Part shown: one piece after another, positions 1 to 9,730 of the stretch | Layout of the letters: the number at the start of each line of letters is the position of its first letter | Position numbering within the stretch: position 1 is the stretch's first letter | NCBI GenBank assembly: GCA_024276955.1 | Contig: JAJRWE010000044.1 | Span: 1-52,972, forward strand | DNA: 52,972 nt | Reading direction: 5' to 3' | DNA from: Gammaproteobacteria bacterium | Lineage (GTDB): Bacteria > Pseudomonadota > Gammaproteobacteria > SZUA-152 | Position numbers and translations under genes: made by a program | Notes under the pieces: model-generated | Told to the model about the DNA's origin: nothing | Database searches by the model: none | Seen by the model: only the letters and a program-made list of their open reading frames with translations

Positions 1-601
1 CCAGCAACAGTATTGGCTTTTGCATCAGTAACATACCAATTTCCAGCCACTGTTTTTGGCCGTGAGAGAGTTTTCCAGCTGGGCCGCTGGTTAATGCATT
101 CAGGCCGATAATGCTTAGCACTTCATCAATCTGGTCACGTTGTTCACCATTGAGGCGCGCGACCAGCAGTGGCCAAACCCGCTTGTCCTGCGACATGGCC
201 AGTTCCAGATTCTGATACACACTCAAATTTTCAAATACGGTGGGTTTTTGAAATTTACGTCCGATACCTGCCTCGGCAATTTCTGGCTCGTCCATTTCCA
301 ACAGATTCAGGCGCTGACCAAACCAGGCTTGGCCGGTATCCGGGCGGGTCTTACCGGTGATGATATCCATCATGGTGGATTTACCGGCTCCATTGGGGCC
401 GATAATGCAGCGCAGCTCCCCCGTTTCAATGTACAGATTGAGATTGTTAATGGCCTTGAAGCCATCAAAACTTTTGTTGAGGCCTTCGAGATAGAGGACA
501 ATATTGTGATTTACATCAAGTGCCGGGGGCTCAGCTTTGATCAGAAACTCAAAGACCCGGTCACGACGAGAGAATTCTTGTAAGATTTTCATCGCTCTCA
601 T
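1..601 (-). CDS. urtD: Urea ABC transporter ATP-binding subunit (runs off the window start)
   Basis: Not in the ORF track. Manual translation of the minus strand gives MRAMKILQEF...LYLEGLNKSFDGFKAINNLNLYIETGELRCIIGPNGAGKST (Walker A). The ATG overlaps the urtC stop (ATGA). Confidence 0.9.
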   Translation of the reverse strand, partial: MRAMKILQEFSRRDRVFEFLIKAEPPALDVNHNIVLYLEGLNKSFDGFKAINNLNLYIETGELRCIIGPNGAGKSTMMDIITGKTRPDTGQAWFGQRLNLLEMDEPEIAEAGIGRKFQKPTVFENLSVYQNLELAMSQDKRVWPLLVARLNGEQRDQIDEVLSIIGLNALTSGPAGKLSHGQKQWLEIGMLLMQKPILLL

Positions 602-1686
602 GTTTTTGCATCACGCATACTGCGTAGACCGACAATACCTTTGGGCAAGTAAAGCGTCACCAGTATAAACAAAGCACCCAGCGCGAACAGCCACACCTCA
701 GGCAGGGCTGCGGTGAAATAGGTTTTTGAATAGTTCACCAGCAAGGCGCCAATGACTGCGCCATAGAGCGTGCCGCGACCACCAATGGCAACCCAGATGA
801 CAAGCTCAATGGAATTCAATGGAGAAAATTCGCCGGGGTTGATAATGCCGACTTGCGGCACATAAAGTGCGCCCGCGATGCCTGCCAGTGCGGCGGAAAA
901 AACAAACACCCACAGTTTGATATTTTCTACCCGATAACCTATAAAACGGCTGCGGCTTTCGGCATCACGAATGGCGATACTGGCCAGCCCCAGTCGTGAG
1001 CTGACAATAATGCGGCTCAACACATAACCGATTGCCAATGCAGCCGCTGAGGTCAGAAACAGGGCAATGCGTGTGCTGTCGGCACGCAGATCAAAACCCA
1101 GAATATCTTTAAAGTCTGTCAGGCCGTTATTGCCACCAAAACCCATCTCGTTACGGAAAAAGGCCAGCATCAATGCATAGGTCATGGCCTGGGTAATAAT
1201 GGACAGGTACACTCCGGTAACCCGGGAACGAAACGCCAGATAACCAAAAACATAGGCGAGTATGCCGGGTACCAAAATAACCATCAGTGCTGCAAACCAG
1301 AACTGGTCGAAACCCTGCCAAAACCAGGGTAGCTCCTGCCAGTTCAAAAAAACCATAAAGTCCGGCAGGCTGGGATCACCGTACACGCCACGTTCACCAA
1401 TCTGGCGCATCAAATACATGCCCATGGCGTAACCACCCAGGGCAAAAAAGGCGGCATGACCCAGGGTGAGAATGCCCAGATATCCCCACACCAGATCGGC
1501 AGCCACCGCAAGCAGGGCATAGGTTAAATATTTTCCCAACAGCGTGACGGTATATGTAGAGAGATGAAAGGCACTATTTTCAGGTACTAGCAAATTCAAT
1601 ATCGGCACGGCAATGCTCACCACCAACAGGATGATCAACATCCACGTGCCTGGCCTGTCATTTTTTAATATTTTTACCAATAACAT
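598..1686 (-). CDS. urtC: Urea ABC transporter permease
   Basis: Hydrophobic LivM-like permease with LPDFMVFLNWQELPWFW and FGGNNGLTDFK motifs; operon position. Confidence 0.93.
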   Translation of the reverse strand: MLLVKILKNDRPGTWMLIILLVVSIAVPILNLLVPENSAFHLSTYTVTLLGKYLTYALLAVAADLVWGYLGILTLGHAAFFALGGYAMGMYLMRQIGERGVYGDPSLPDFMVFLNWQELPWFWQGFDQFWFAALMVILVPGILAYVFGYLAFRSRVTGVYLSIITQAMTYALMLAFFRNEMGFGGNNGLTDFKDILGFDLRADSTRIALFLTSAAALAIGYVLSRIIVSSRLGLASIAIRDAESRSRFIGYRVENIKLWVFVFSAALAGIAGALYVPQVGIINPGEFSPLNSIELVIWVAIGGRGTLYGAVIGALLVNYSKTYFTAALPEVWLFALGALFILVTLYLPKGIVGLRSMRDAKT

Positions 1687-1689
1687 GAA

Positions 1690-3363
1690 CTAGTCCTCTG
1701 CTGCCCGGCCGCGCTGAGGGAACAACCCCTTGGGACGTTTTTGTATAAACAGGATGATAAAGACCAGCACCAGAATCTTTGCCAATACGGCTCCGGCCCA
1801 GGGCTCCATGAGTTTATTGATGATCCCCAGGCTCATACCTGCTACCAAGGTACCCCATAGATTACCCACACCACCAAAAACGACCACCATGAAAGAGTCT
1901 ATGATGTATGCTTGGCCGAGATTCGGGCCGACATTGGTCAGCAGGCTTAACGCCACACCCGCCAGACCGGCAATGCCGGATCCCAGGCCAAAGGTCAATG
2001 CATCAACCCATTGCGAACGCACGCCCATGGCGCGGGCCATGGTGCGGTTTTGTGATACTGCACGTACCTGCAAACCCAGAGAGGTTTTTTTCATCACCAT
2101 AATCAGTGCCACAAATACGGCCAGGCAAAAAAGAATGATGTATAAGCGATTCCAGGTTAGTGACAGAACTTCATTGATTTGCCAGGCACCGGACATCCAC
2201 TCCGGCGTTTCGACGCTGCGGTTCAACGGAGAGAAAATAGAACGTACCGTCTGTTGCAATATCAAGCTGACACCAAAGGTTGCCAATAACGTCTCCAGAG
2301 GGCGGCCATAAAGATGACGAATAACACCACGCTCAATGGCAATGCCTACCAGTCCAGAGACAATAAAGGCCGCGGGAATAGCCACCAGTATCGAGACTCC
2401 AATGTTATTGGGTATCAGTAACTGGATTACATATGTCGTGTAGGCGCCAATCATCATAAGTTCGCCATGGGCCATGTTGATGACACCCATCACTCCAAAG
2501 GTGATAGCGAGGCCGATCGCTGACAAAGCCAATACGGAGCCCAGACTGAGGCCAAAGAATATGGTTTCGGCCTTGGCGTACAGATCGCGCTTATCAGTAA
2601 TTTTCTTGATGGCCGACTGGGCCTTGTTGTGGAGTTCCCTTGTCGGAGCCTTATATTCTGTCAGCACATTCATGGCCGAGGAATTTAGGCTATGGGACAG
2701 TGTGTCGATGGCCGAGAGTTGTGCGGCTTCGTCACCATTTTCAAGCTGAATGACAGCCAGCAGGGTTTGCATGGCTGTGATTACCCTGTGGTCATCCTCT
2801 CTTTCAATGGCAGTCTCTACCAGACGCGCAGATTCCACTTCAGGTTTTTTCAAAAGTTCTTGTACTGCCGCCAGCCTGATGTCCGCATCATTGTGTTTGA
2901 GCTGTATAACCGCGAGCAATTGACGAATCAGGCTTCTTAAACGATTATTGATCTTTACTTTTTTAAACCCCTGCTTGTTTTCCTGTATGACCGTCTCGGC
3001 ATCAAACAAAGGCGTGAATTCATAGTTGTCTCCGGTTTCTTTCAGGAGATAAAACACCTTGCCGATTTTGGAATAGTACAACTTACTTTCCAGCATGGCC
3101 ATCATGGCTGGAAGGGCTTCCGGCGGGTTTTGTAGTGCGATGACCTCAATCGCCTCGGCCTTTTTCTTATAACTCTTGCCGGTCAGGGTTTCCCAGGCAT
3201 TTTCCAGTGAATTGTCATCTGATGTCTCGCTGGCGAATGCCTGCTGGAGAGGGGTTGTGAAAATGAATAACAGCAGCAACAGTGAAATCGGTTTTCCTGC
3301 TATCGCTGTCATTGGATTTCCTGCCATCGTTATCATTGAAAATGCCGACATTTGTGGTCTCAT
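1690..3363 (-). CDS. urtB: Urea ABC transporter permease with N-terminal periplasmic helical extension (start uncertain)
   Basis: C-terminal LivH-like domain (GLAITFGVMGVINMAHGE, LYGRPLETLLATFG); proteobacterial long form. Confidence 0.92.
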   Translation of the reverse strand: MRPQMSAFSMITMAGNPMTAIAGKPISLLLLLFIFTTPLQQAFASETSDDNSLENAWETLTGKSYKKKAEAIEVIALQNPPEALPAMMAMLESKLYYSKIGKVFYLLKETGDNYEFTPLFDAETVIQENKQGFKKVKINNRLRSLIRQLLAVIQLKHNDADIRLAAVQELLKKPEVESARLVETAIEREDDHRVITAMQTLLAVIQLENGDEAAQLSAIDTLSHSLNSSAMNVLTEYKAPTRELHNKAQSAIKKITDKRDLYAKAETIFFGLSLGSVLALSAIGLAITFGVMGVINMAHGELMMIGAYTTYVIQLLIPNNIGVSILVAIPAAFIVSGLVGIAIERGVIRHLYGRPLETLLATFGVSLILQQTVRSIFSPLNRSVETPEWMSGAWQINEVLSLTWNRLYIILFCLAVFVALIMVMKKTSLGLQVRAVSQNRTMARAMGVRSQWVDALTFGLGSGIAGLAGVALSLLTNVGPNLGQAYIIDSFMVVVFGGVGNLWGTLVAGMSLGIINKLMEPWAGAVLAKILVLVFIILFIQKRPKGLFPQRGRAAED

Positions 3364-3392
3364 TAAATATCGTCAATGAAAAATAAAGGGGT

Positions 3393-3435
3393 ATAAGGTA
3401 CAAGCGAATGAATCCTCTATCCGCTTGTACCTTAT
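3393..3435. terminator. Intercistronic stem-loop between urtA and urtB
   Basis: Perfect 14-bp inverted repeat ATAAGGTACAAGCG...CGCTTGTACCTTAT. Partial terminator or mRNA stabiliser is inferred. Confidence 0.55.
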
Positions 3436-3505
3436 GCATTCCTACTCGAAAGATGCGTAAATATAACTATAGTCTTCCGATATTCATGTCAGTGTGACGG
3501 GTGTA

Positions 3506-4801
3506 TCAGTAGTTTTGACCACTGCATTTTTTCGTCTTGACGTTGTAGTTGCCGCAAGACAACGGTGCGCGCCAGTCGGAAATCAGGTCCTTTGAACCCG
3601 GTAAGTAATCTGACCAGGCATCACCCGCCACCAGACCGGAGGTCTCCCAAACGATGTCAAACTGACCGTCTTTCTGGATTTCTCCGATGAGTACGGGCTT
3701 GGTGATGTGGTGGTTTGGCATCATTGCAGAATACCCCCCGGATAGGTTGGGAACGGAGACGCCGATGAGTGCTTTCTGTACGACTTTGGGATCCGTGGTG
3801 CCGGCTTTTTCAACGGCCTTTACCCACATATTGAAGCCAATGTAATGTGCTTCCATGGGGTCGTTGGTCACACGCTTGTTGTTCTTGATATATTTCTTCC
3901 AGGCGGCGATGAATTCTTCATTTTCATCTGACTCAACGCTCATAAAGTAATTCCAGGCGGCCAAGTGGCCTACTAGAGGCTTGGTGTCGAGGCCTGAAAG
4001 CTCCTCTGCTCCCACCGAGAAGGCGATTACCGGAATATCCTCGGCAGATATGCCCTGGTTACCCAGTTCCTTGTAGAAAGGGATATTGGCATCACCATTG
4101 ATGGTGGACACTACCGCGGTTTTCTTGCCGGCACTGCCGAATTTTTTGATGTCGGAAACGATGGACTGCCAGTCGGAATGGCCAAATGGGGTGTAGTTGA
4201 TCATGATGTCTTTTTCATTGACACCTTTTGAAATGAGGTAGGCCTTGAGGATTTTATTGGTGGTTCGTGGATACACGTAATCGGTACCGGCCAAAACCCA
4301 ACGCTTGACACCGATCTCATCCATCAGGTAATCAACGGCAGGTACGGCTTGCTGGTTCGGTGCCGCGCCAGTGTAAAACACGTTCTTCGAAGATTCTTCG
4401 CCTTCATATTGCACGGGGTAAAACAGAATGCTGTTGAGTTCTTCGAATACCGGCAGTACTGATTTCCGGGAAACCGATGTCCAACAGCCAAAAACGACGT
4501 CGGTCTTGTTTTTGGAAATAAGCTCGCGGGCCTTTTCCGCGAACAGCGGCCAGTTGGAGGCCGGATCGACGACCACGGCTTCAAGTTTTTTTCCCAGTAC
4601 GCAACCTTTCTTGTTTTGCTCATCGATGAGCATCAGCATGGTGTCTTTCAGGGTGGTTTCTGAAATCGCCATGGTGCCGGACAATGAATGCAGCACACCG
4701 ACCTTGATAGTGTCTTCAGCCCAGGCCAGACCTGCGCTGGCCAGGGATAGGGTGGTGATTGTCGTCGCTAGCGCCAGTTTTTTCAGCTTTGTTTTTATCA
4801 T
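3506..4801 (-). CDS. urtA: Urea ABC transporter substrate-binding protein
   Basis: Signal peptide, then IKVGVLHSLSGTMAISE, FGCWTSVSRKSVLP and YPVQYEG motifs. Confidence 0.95.
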   Translation of the reverse strand: MIKTKLKKLALATTITTLSLASAGLAWAEDTIKVGVLHSLSGTMAISETTLKDTMLMLIDEQNKKGCVLGKKLEAVVVDPASNWPLFAEKARELISKNKTDVVFGCWTSVSRKSVLPVFEELNSILFYPVQYEGEESSKNVFYTGAAPNQQAVPAVDYLMDEIGVKRWVLAGTDYVYPRTTNKILKAYLISKGVNEKDIMINYTPFGHSDWQSIVSDIKKFGSAGKKTAVVSTINGDANIPFYKELGNQGISAEDIPVIAFSVGAEELSGLDTKPLVGHLAAWNYFMSVESDENEEFIAAWKKYIKNNKRVTNDPMEAHYIGFNMWVKAVEKAGTTDPKVVQKALIGVSVPNLSGGYSAMMPNHHITKPVLIGEIQKDGQFDIVWETSGLVAGDAWSDYLPGSKDLISDWRAPLSCGNYNVKTKKCSGQNY

Positions 4802-4828
4802 GATCTACTCTCCTGTTCTGTGTGATGC

Positions 4829-5971
4829 TTAAATCTGGAATTGCATACCGAAGGTAACGGCAGTGGTGGTGTCATCAGCTTTGATACCGCTGGCATTGGC
4901 ATCGCCATTGGTCAGATTCAGATTTAGTTTGAGGTTATGGCCGGAGACCACGTAGTTGACGCCCACCTCGGTAAGTGAACTGCTTGCACCAGCAGTAGGC
5001 TCGTTACTGGTGTAACGCACATAGGGCTGATACATGCCCGTACCACCCGTGTCGCCGAGCAAATAGGCAAAGCTGGCAAAATAGGCATCGCCATCAAACA
5101 TCCCAAACACGGGGGTTGCTGCATCGGTGGAGACATCAAAAGATTTGAATTCCGCTTCAACCGTCACCGCTGCGCCACCGGCCAATGGCTTCTCAAACAG
5201 ACCATCGATGGCATAACCCATGAACGAACCCGATTGTGCAACCGTGCCATAGCCGTCATCCTGCGATTGGGCCGAGATGGCCAGGGTTAGAATATCGCCG
5301 CCCTTGCCAAAGTAGGTGCTGCTGGTGTAGTAACCGGGATTGGCCTCCTGGTCGAGGAAATTGTAGGCCAGGCGTACCGCGTACAAGGGCGCATCGCTCT
5401 GATTCGTGTCACCGCTGTAGCCATCAAATATGCCGAATGCGTACTGGAATTTTCCCAGCGTGCCCCAGGCGGTGACGCCTTCGTCGCGGCCATAGGTGCC
5501 GGCATCGCCGTTGGCGCCATTGCCGATATCATTGTCTGAAGGGTAAAGGGGAACGGTATACTGCCCCCAGGTCAGGCCGTAAAATGGACCGTTCATTTCG
5601 ATGCGATCGGCCGGGGTCAACATGCGGCCCATCCATACGTTGAACTTCTTGCCGGGTTCATACTGGATAATGGCATCCAGCACGCCGTACTCCCCCCATA
5701 TTTTGTCGGTGCCAAAATAGAATTTGAAGTCTTTAGTGGCTTGCCCGGAGACATACAGACGCATATTTTCCAGGTTAAAATTGCTGGCACTGCTGCTACC
5801 ATCGGGTGCTGCATCACTCACCGAGGCAATAGAGGTACGAATGCCAGCACCAATACTGATCCAGCGGGTATCATCAATGGCGATTTTTCCGCCGGCCAGG
5901 ATCGGTGCGCTGCTTGCAGCAAGTATGCTGCCAATAAGCAGCGATTTCCCAATTCTATTTTTCTTGTGCAT
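4829..5971 (-). CDS. Outer-membrane porin, FmdC-like (urea/short-chain amide)
   Basis: Signal peptide, beta-strand pattern, C-terminal ...GMQFQI; first gene upstream of urtA. Confidence 0.75.
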   Translation of the reverse strand: MHKKNRIGKSLLIGSILAASSAPILAGGKIAIDDTRWISIGAGIRTSIASVSDAAPDGSSSASNFNLENMRLYVSGQATKDFKFYFGTDKIWGEYGVLDAIIQYEPGKKFNVWMGRMLTPADRIEMNGPFYGLTWGQYTVPLYPSDNDIGNGANGDAGTYGRDEGVTAWGTLGKFQYAFGIFDGYSGDTNQSDAPLYAVRLAYNFLDQEANPGYYTSSTYFGKGGDILTLAISAQSQDDGYGTVAQSGSFMGYAIDGLFEKPLAGGAAVTVEAEFKSFDVSTDAATPVFGMFDGDAYFASFAYLLGDTGGTGMYQPYVRYTSNEPTAGASSSLTEVGVNYVVSGHNLKLNLNLTNGDANASGIKADDTTTAVTFGMQFQI

Positions 5972-6133
5972 ATCTCATTTCCTGTGGCTATGGCCAATGG
6001 CCGGTCAGAAGTCAAATCAAGCATCTAGGGAAAGCGCCAAACATGAGGTGGGTGAATATGTCCAGGTAACTTTCTCGTGCTCTGAGTCTATAGGTGCACG
6101 GATGGGGGTAGAATTCGTCATGTGGCACAGGGG

Positions 6134-6153
6134 CATACGTCAAATGACGTATG
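6134..6153. promoter_or_regulatory. Palindromic operator candidate in the porin/kinase divergent region
   Basis: Perfect inverted repeat CATACGTCA-AA-TGACGTATG. Confidence 0.65.
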
Positions 6154-6328
6154 GTGAAAAGCTTGTATTTAGGATAACGCACTGAATAACTTGGGTTTCA
6201 TTTTTTGCCGGGCTATCGGTAGGCTTGTTTGTCTCAGTGTTCATCCCGGCGTATCAGAGCCAGGCAATGTGGACTGACGACGTGGCGGCTGCCACTGGTG
6301 GTGCAATAACAGGTGTAGCAGATTCTCG

Positions 6329-9300
6329 ATGAGTTCTAATAAAGATGCGCTGCGAATTCGGCGTGAATATAATCAGTGGGTCGCCAATGAGACGCTGGAA
6401 GACTATGCCCTGCGTTATACCGCTAAACGGGCGCGGCGATGGTCTGCAGCCTGGGTTGCCAACACGGCACTGGGTATTATTTCCTTCCTGGCGCTGGAGG
6501 CCATTGGCGGTACTATCACCCTGAATTACGGTTTCACCAATGCCATGTGGGCGATATTGGTGGTGGGTGGCATTATCTTTCTCACAGGGCTGCCGCTTGC
6601 CTATCATGCGGCGCGTGACGGCATCGATATCGATTTGCTCACCCGTGGCGCCGGTTTCGGCTATATCGGCTCCACCATTTCATCGCTGGTTTACGCCTCA
6701 TTTACCTTTATATTCTTTGCCATTGAGGCGGCCATCATGTCGATGGCCATTAATATGACCACGGGCATCCCGATGTCTCTGGCCTATTTCATCAGCACTA
6801 TCGTGGTGATTCCATTGGTGACCCATGGCATCACACGCATCTCCCGTTTCCAGGCCTGGACACAACCCCTGTGGCTGTTTTTACAAATCCTGCCGTTGGT
6901 GTTTATCGGCATGCACGAATCTGAAGCCTTTTCGCAATGGCTCACCTTTGGCGGTTCTGTTGCCGGGGGAGAGCAGGGATTTGAACTACTGCTCTTTGGG
7001 GCGGCGGCGGCGGTGATTTTCCCCTTGATCGCCCAAAATGGCGAGCAAGCCGATTTTTTGCGATTTTTACCGGTGCGAAATCAACAGAATAAAGCCCAAT
7101 GGTGGCTGGCCGTGGTGGGCGCCGGGCCGGGTTGGGTGGTATTTGGTGTCATCAAGCTGTTTGTCGGTTCATTCCTTGCGGTGCTTGCGTTGAATCACGG
7201 CCTGTCTCCTGCGCTGGCCGATGATCCGGCACACATGTATGCCTTAGCATTTACCTACATCACAGTGAACCCCGATATAGCGCTGTGGCTGGCGGGTATC
7301 TTTGTGGTTATTTCGCAGTTGAAAATCAATGTGACCAATGCCTATGCCGGATCCATCGCCTGGGGTAATTTTTTCTCACGACTGACGCACAGTCATCCGG
7401 GGCGTGTGGTATGGCTGGTATTCAATGTGACAATTGCGTTGATGTTGATGGAGTTAGGGCTTTATCAGGCCTTTGAAAGTATCTTGATTACCTATGCCTG
7501 TCTGGTGGTGGCCTGGATCGGCTGTGTAGTGGCAGACCTGGTGATCAACAAGCCGCTGGGACTGAGTCCGGCACATATCGAGTTCAGACGCAGTCACCTG
7601 TACGACATCGATCCAGTGGGTGTGGCGTCGATGATTATTGCCTCTTGCGTGGGTATTGTGGCAAATCTGGGGTTTTTGGGTGAGGTAGCGGAGGCCATGG
7701 CTGCCTTCATATCCTTGTTGATTCCTTTTGTCATGGTGCCACTGATCGCCTGGCTCACCCGGGGACGGTATTATATTTGTCGTCAAAATGAGGATGACTC
7801 CGTGCCTGAATCGACACATGAGGTAGCACAACAGCGCTGCCAGGTTTGTGAAAACAGTTTTGATCACGAAGATATGAGTCAATGCCCAAGCTATGGCGGT
7901 GCGATTTGCTCGTTATGCTGTGCGCTGGATTCCCGTTGCGACAATCAGTGCCGGCCAGACGCCCACTTGTCGGCACAGGCATCAGCACTGTTCAGTCGGG
8001 TGCTACCGGCGTTTATTCACCAGAGACTGCAATCTGTCACCGGGCATTTCTTTGGTGTGTTTATCATAACCGCCAGTATTATTGCAGGCCTACTTGCCGT
8101 GGTGTTTTATGCCCAGCAAGATAAAACGCAGACCGACCTGATGCTGATTAGTGGTGCATTGTGGCAGGTGTTTTTTCTGTTGATGCTGGTCACTGGCGTA
8201 TTGGTCTGGCTCTATGTGCTGGCGCAAAAAAGCGCCCACTTTGCCCTCAGTGAAATACAGCTTCAAGCAAGGTTACTGACAAGCGAGGCAAAGGCACACG
8301 AACAGACGGCGATAGAGTTGGCGCAGGCTCGTGATGCTGCGAATGCCGCCAACCAGGCAAAGTCACGTTATCTGTCAGGTGTCAGTCATGAGCTAAGAAC
8401 GCCATTAAACACCATATTCGGTTATTCTCAATTAATGGAAGCCGACACAAAGCTGGACGCAAAAAGCCAGAAAATATCATCTGTGATAAGGCGTAGTAGT
8501 GAGCATTTGTCGGATGTTATCGAAGGTCTTCTGGAAATATCAAAAATCGAAGCACACAAGCTTGATTTGCATCGTGATACGGTTGACTTGCGTTTGCTGA
8601 TGCAGCAACTTGAAGATATGTTTCAGCCGCTTGCTAAAGAGAAGGGTATTGATTTTTCCATTACTTGTCAGGCGCAATTGCCCCGTTTCGCTTCCGTTGA
8701 TGAAAAGCGGCTTCGCCAAATATTACTGAATCTGCTATCCAACGCCATCAAGTTTACGCCGAAGGGTAAAGTTGAACTGGAAATATCCTATCGCAACCAG
8801 GTTGCCCGTATGATAGTTAGAGATACGGGTATCGGGATTGCCGAGGATGACCAGTCAAGGATCTTTGAGCCCTTTGAACGTGTCCATAATAAGCAGACTC
8901 AAATGATCAGTGGGACAGGGTTAGGTTTATCTATCAGCCGCCTGTTGGTGGAAATGATGGGAGGAAATCTTGAATTAAAAAGCCAGCTTGGTCATGGCAC
9001 TGAGTTTTGCCTCAGTCTTTTTTTGCCGAGTGTGGATGAGCGGCTTACGACCAATCAGAGTCACGCTGAGATATGTGGCTATAGGGGGCGGCCTCGCCAT
9101 ATCATGGTTGTGGATGATGAAAGCAACCATCGGCATTTGATCAATGATTTATTGCAGCCGCTGGGTTTTGTGGTTCATCAGGCTGAATCGGCCGACCAGA
9201 CATTGGAAATATTGGAGGGAAAACTCCAGTCCATTGATCTTTTTTTGCTTGATATCAACATGCCTGATATTAATGGCTGGAAATTATTGTCGGAACTTCG

Positions 9301-9730
9301 TCTGCGAGGGTTTAACGGGCCCATTATTCTTCTTTCGGCCGACCCGTATGAGAATGCCACCTTGCAACAGAAGGAGACGAATTTTGAGGCCTATATCAAT
9401 AAGCCGGTACGCGTTGAAAAATTGCTTGAACAGTTACAGCGTTGTCTTGATTTGGAGTGGTGCAATACTGAACCGGTTTCAGAAGCATCGCCAGTAAGTA
9501 ATAACGACAATGTGGAACTACAGCCAGACCAGGACACTATTGATTTGCTGAGACGCTTTGCAGGTATGGGTTATTTAAAAGGAGTGGTGGAGTGCATTGA
9601 ATTGCTCGAATCGCAAAACCCGCAATCTGTTTGGGTGGGTAAGATAAGGAAATTGTCTGATAAATGTGACCTCGATAGTATTACTCGAATTATTGACAAT
9701 CTGTCTGAATCAAAAGGTAAGGTACTCTGA
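6329..9730 (+). CDS. Hybrid sensor histidine kinase with N-terminal NCS1/CodB-like permease domain and Cys-rich linker
   Basis: About 480 hydrophobic aa starting LEDYALRY; Cys cluster; H-box SHELRTPL; N-box RLRQILLNLLSNAIKFT; G-boxes DTGIGI and GTGLGL; REC domain (VVDD...LLDINMP). Confidence 0.9.
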   Translation: MSSNKDALRIRREYNQWVANETLEDYALRYTAKRARRWSAAWVANTALGIISFLALEAIGGTITLNYGFTNAMWAILVVGGIIFLTGLPLAYHAARDGIDIDLLTRGAGFGYIGSTISSLVYASFTFIFFAIEAAIMSMAINMTTGIPMSLAYFISTIVVIPLVTHGITRISRFQAWTQPLWLFLQILPLVFIGMHESEAFSQWLTFGGSVAGGEQGFELLLFGAAAAVIFPLIAQNGEQADFLRFLPVRNQQNKAQWWLAVVGAGPGWVVFGVIKLFVGSFLAVLALNHGLSPALADDPAHMYALAFTYITVNPDIALWLAGIFVVISQLKINVTNAYAGSIAWGNFFSRLTHSHPGRVVWLVFNVTIALMLMELGLYQAFESILITYACLVVAWIGCVVADLVINKPLGLSPAHIEFRRSHLYDIDPVGVASMIIASCVGIVANLGFLGEVAEAMAAFISLLIPFVMVPLIAWLTRGRYYICRQNEDDSVPESTHEVAQQRCQVCENSFDHEDMSQCPSYGGAICSLCCALDSRCDNQCRPDAHLSAQASALFSRVLPAFIHQRLQSVTGHFFGVFIITASIIAGLLAVVFYAQQDKTQTDLMLISGALWQVFFLLMLVTGVLVWLYVLAQKSAHFALSEIQLQARLLTSEAKAHEQTAIELAQARDAANAANQAKSRYLSGVSHELRTPLNTIFGYSQLMEADTKLDAKSQKISSVIRRSSEHLSDVIEGLLEISKIEAHKLDLHRDTVDLRLLMQQLEDMFQPLAKEKGIDFSITCQAQLPRFASVDEKRLRQILLNLLSNAIKFTPKGKVELEISYRNQVARMIVRDTGIGIAEDDQSRIFEPFERVHNKQTQMISGTGLGLSISRLLVEMMGGNLELKSQLGHGTEFCLSLFLPSVDERLTTNQSHAEICGYRGRPRHIMVVDDESNHRHLINDLLQPLGFVVHQAESADQTLEILEGKLQSIDLFLLDINMPDINGWKLLSELRLRGFNGPIILLSADPYENATLQQKETNFEAYINKPVRVEKLLEQLQRCLDLEWCNTEPVSEASPVSNNDNVELQPDQDTIDLLRRFAGMGYLKGVVECIELLESQNPQSVWVGKIRKLSDKCDLDSITRIIDNLSESKGKVL

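Noticed and set aside
140-583. 147-aa plus-strand ORF
   Set aside because: Antisense to urtD, which the track missed because it runs off the window.
4601-4603. Scattered odd residues (UrtA KGCVLG, XerD SCLRCF, TrmD AICRW) as evidence of genome-wide relaxed selection
   Set aside because: Cannot be judged without alignments, dN/dS and read data; core reading frames are intact.
6020-6042. Sigma54 promoter for the porin-urt operon
   Set aside because: TGGCGC is present on the minus strand, but no GC lies at the required -12 spacing.
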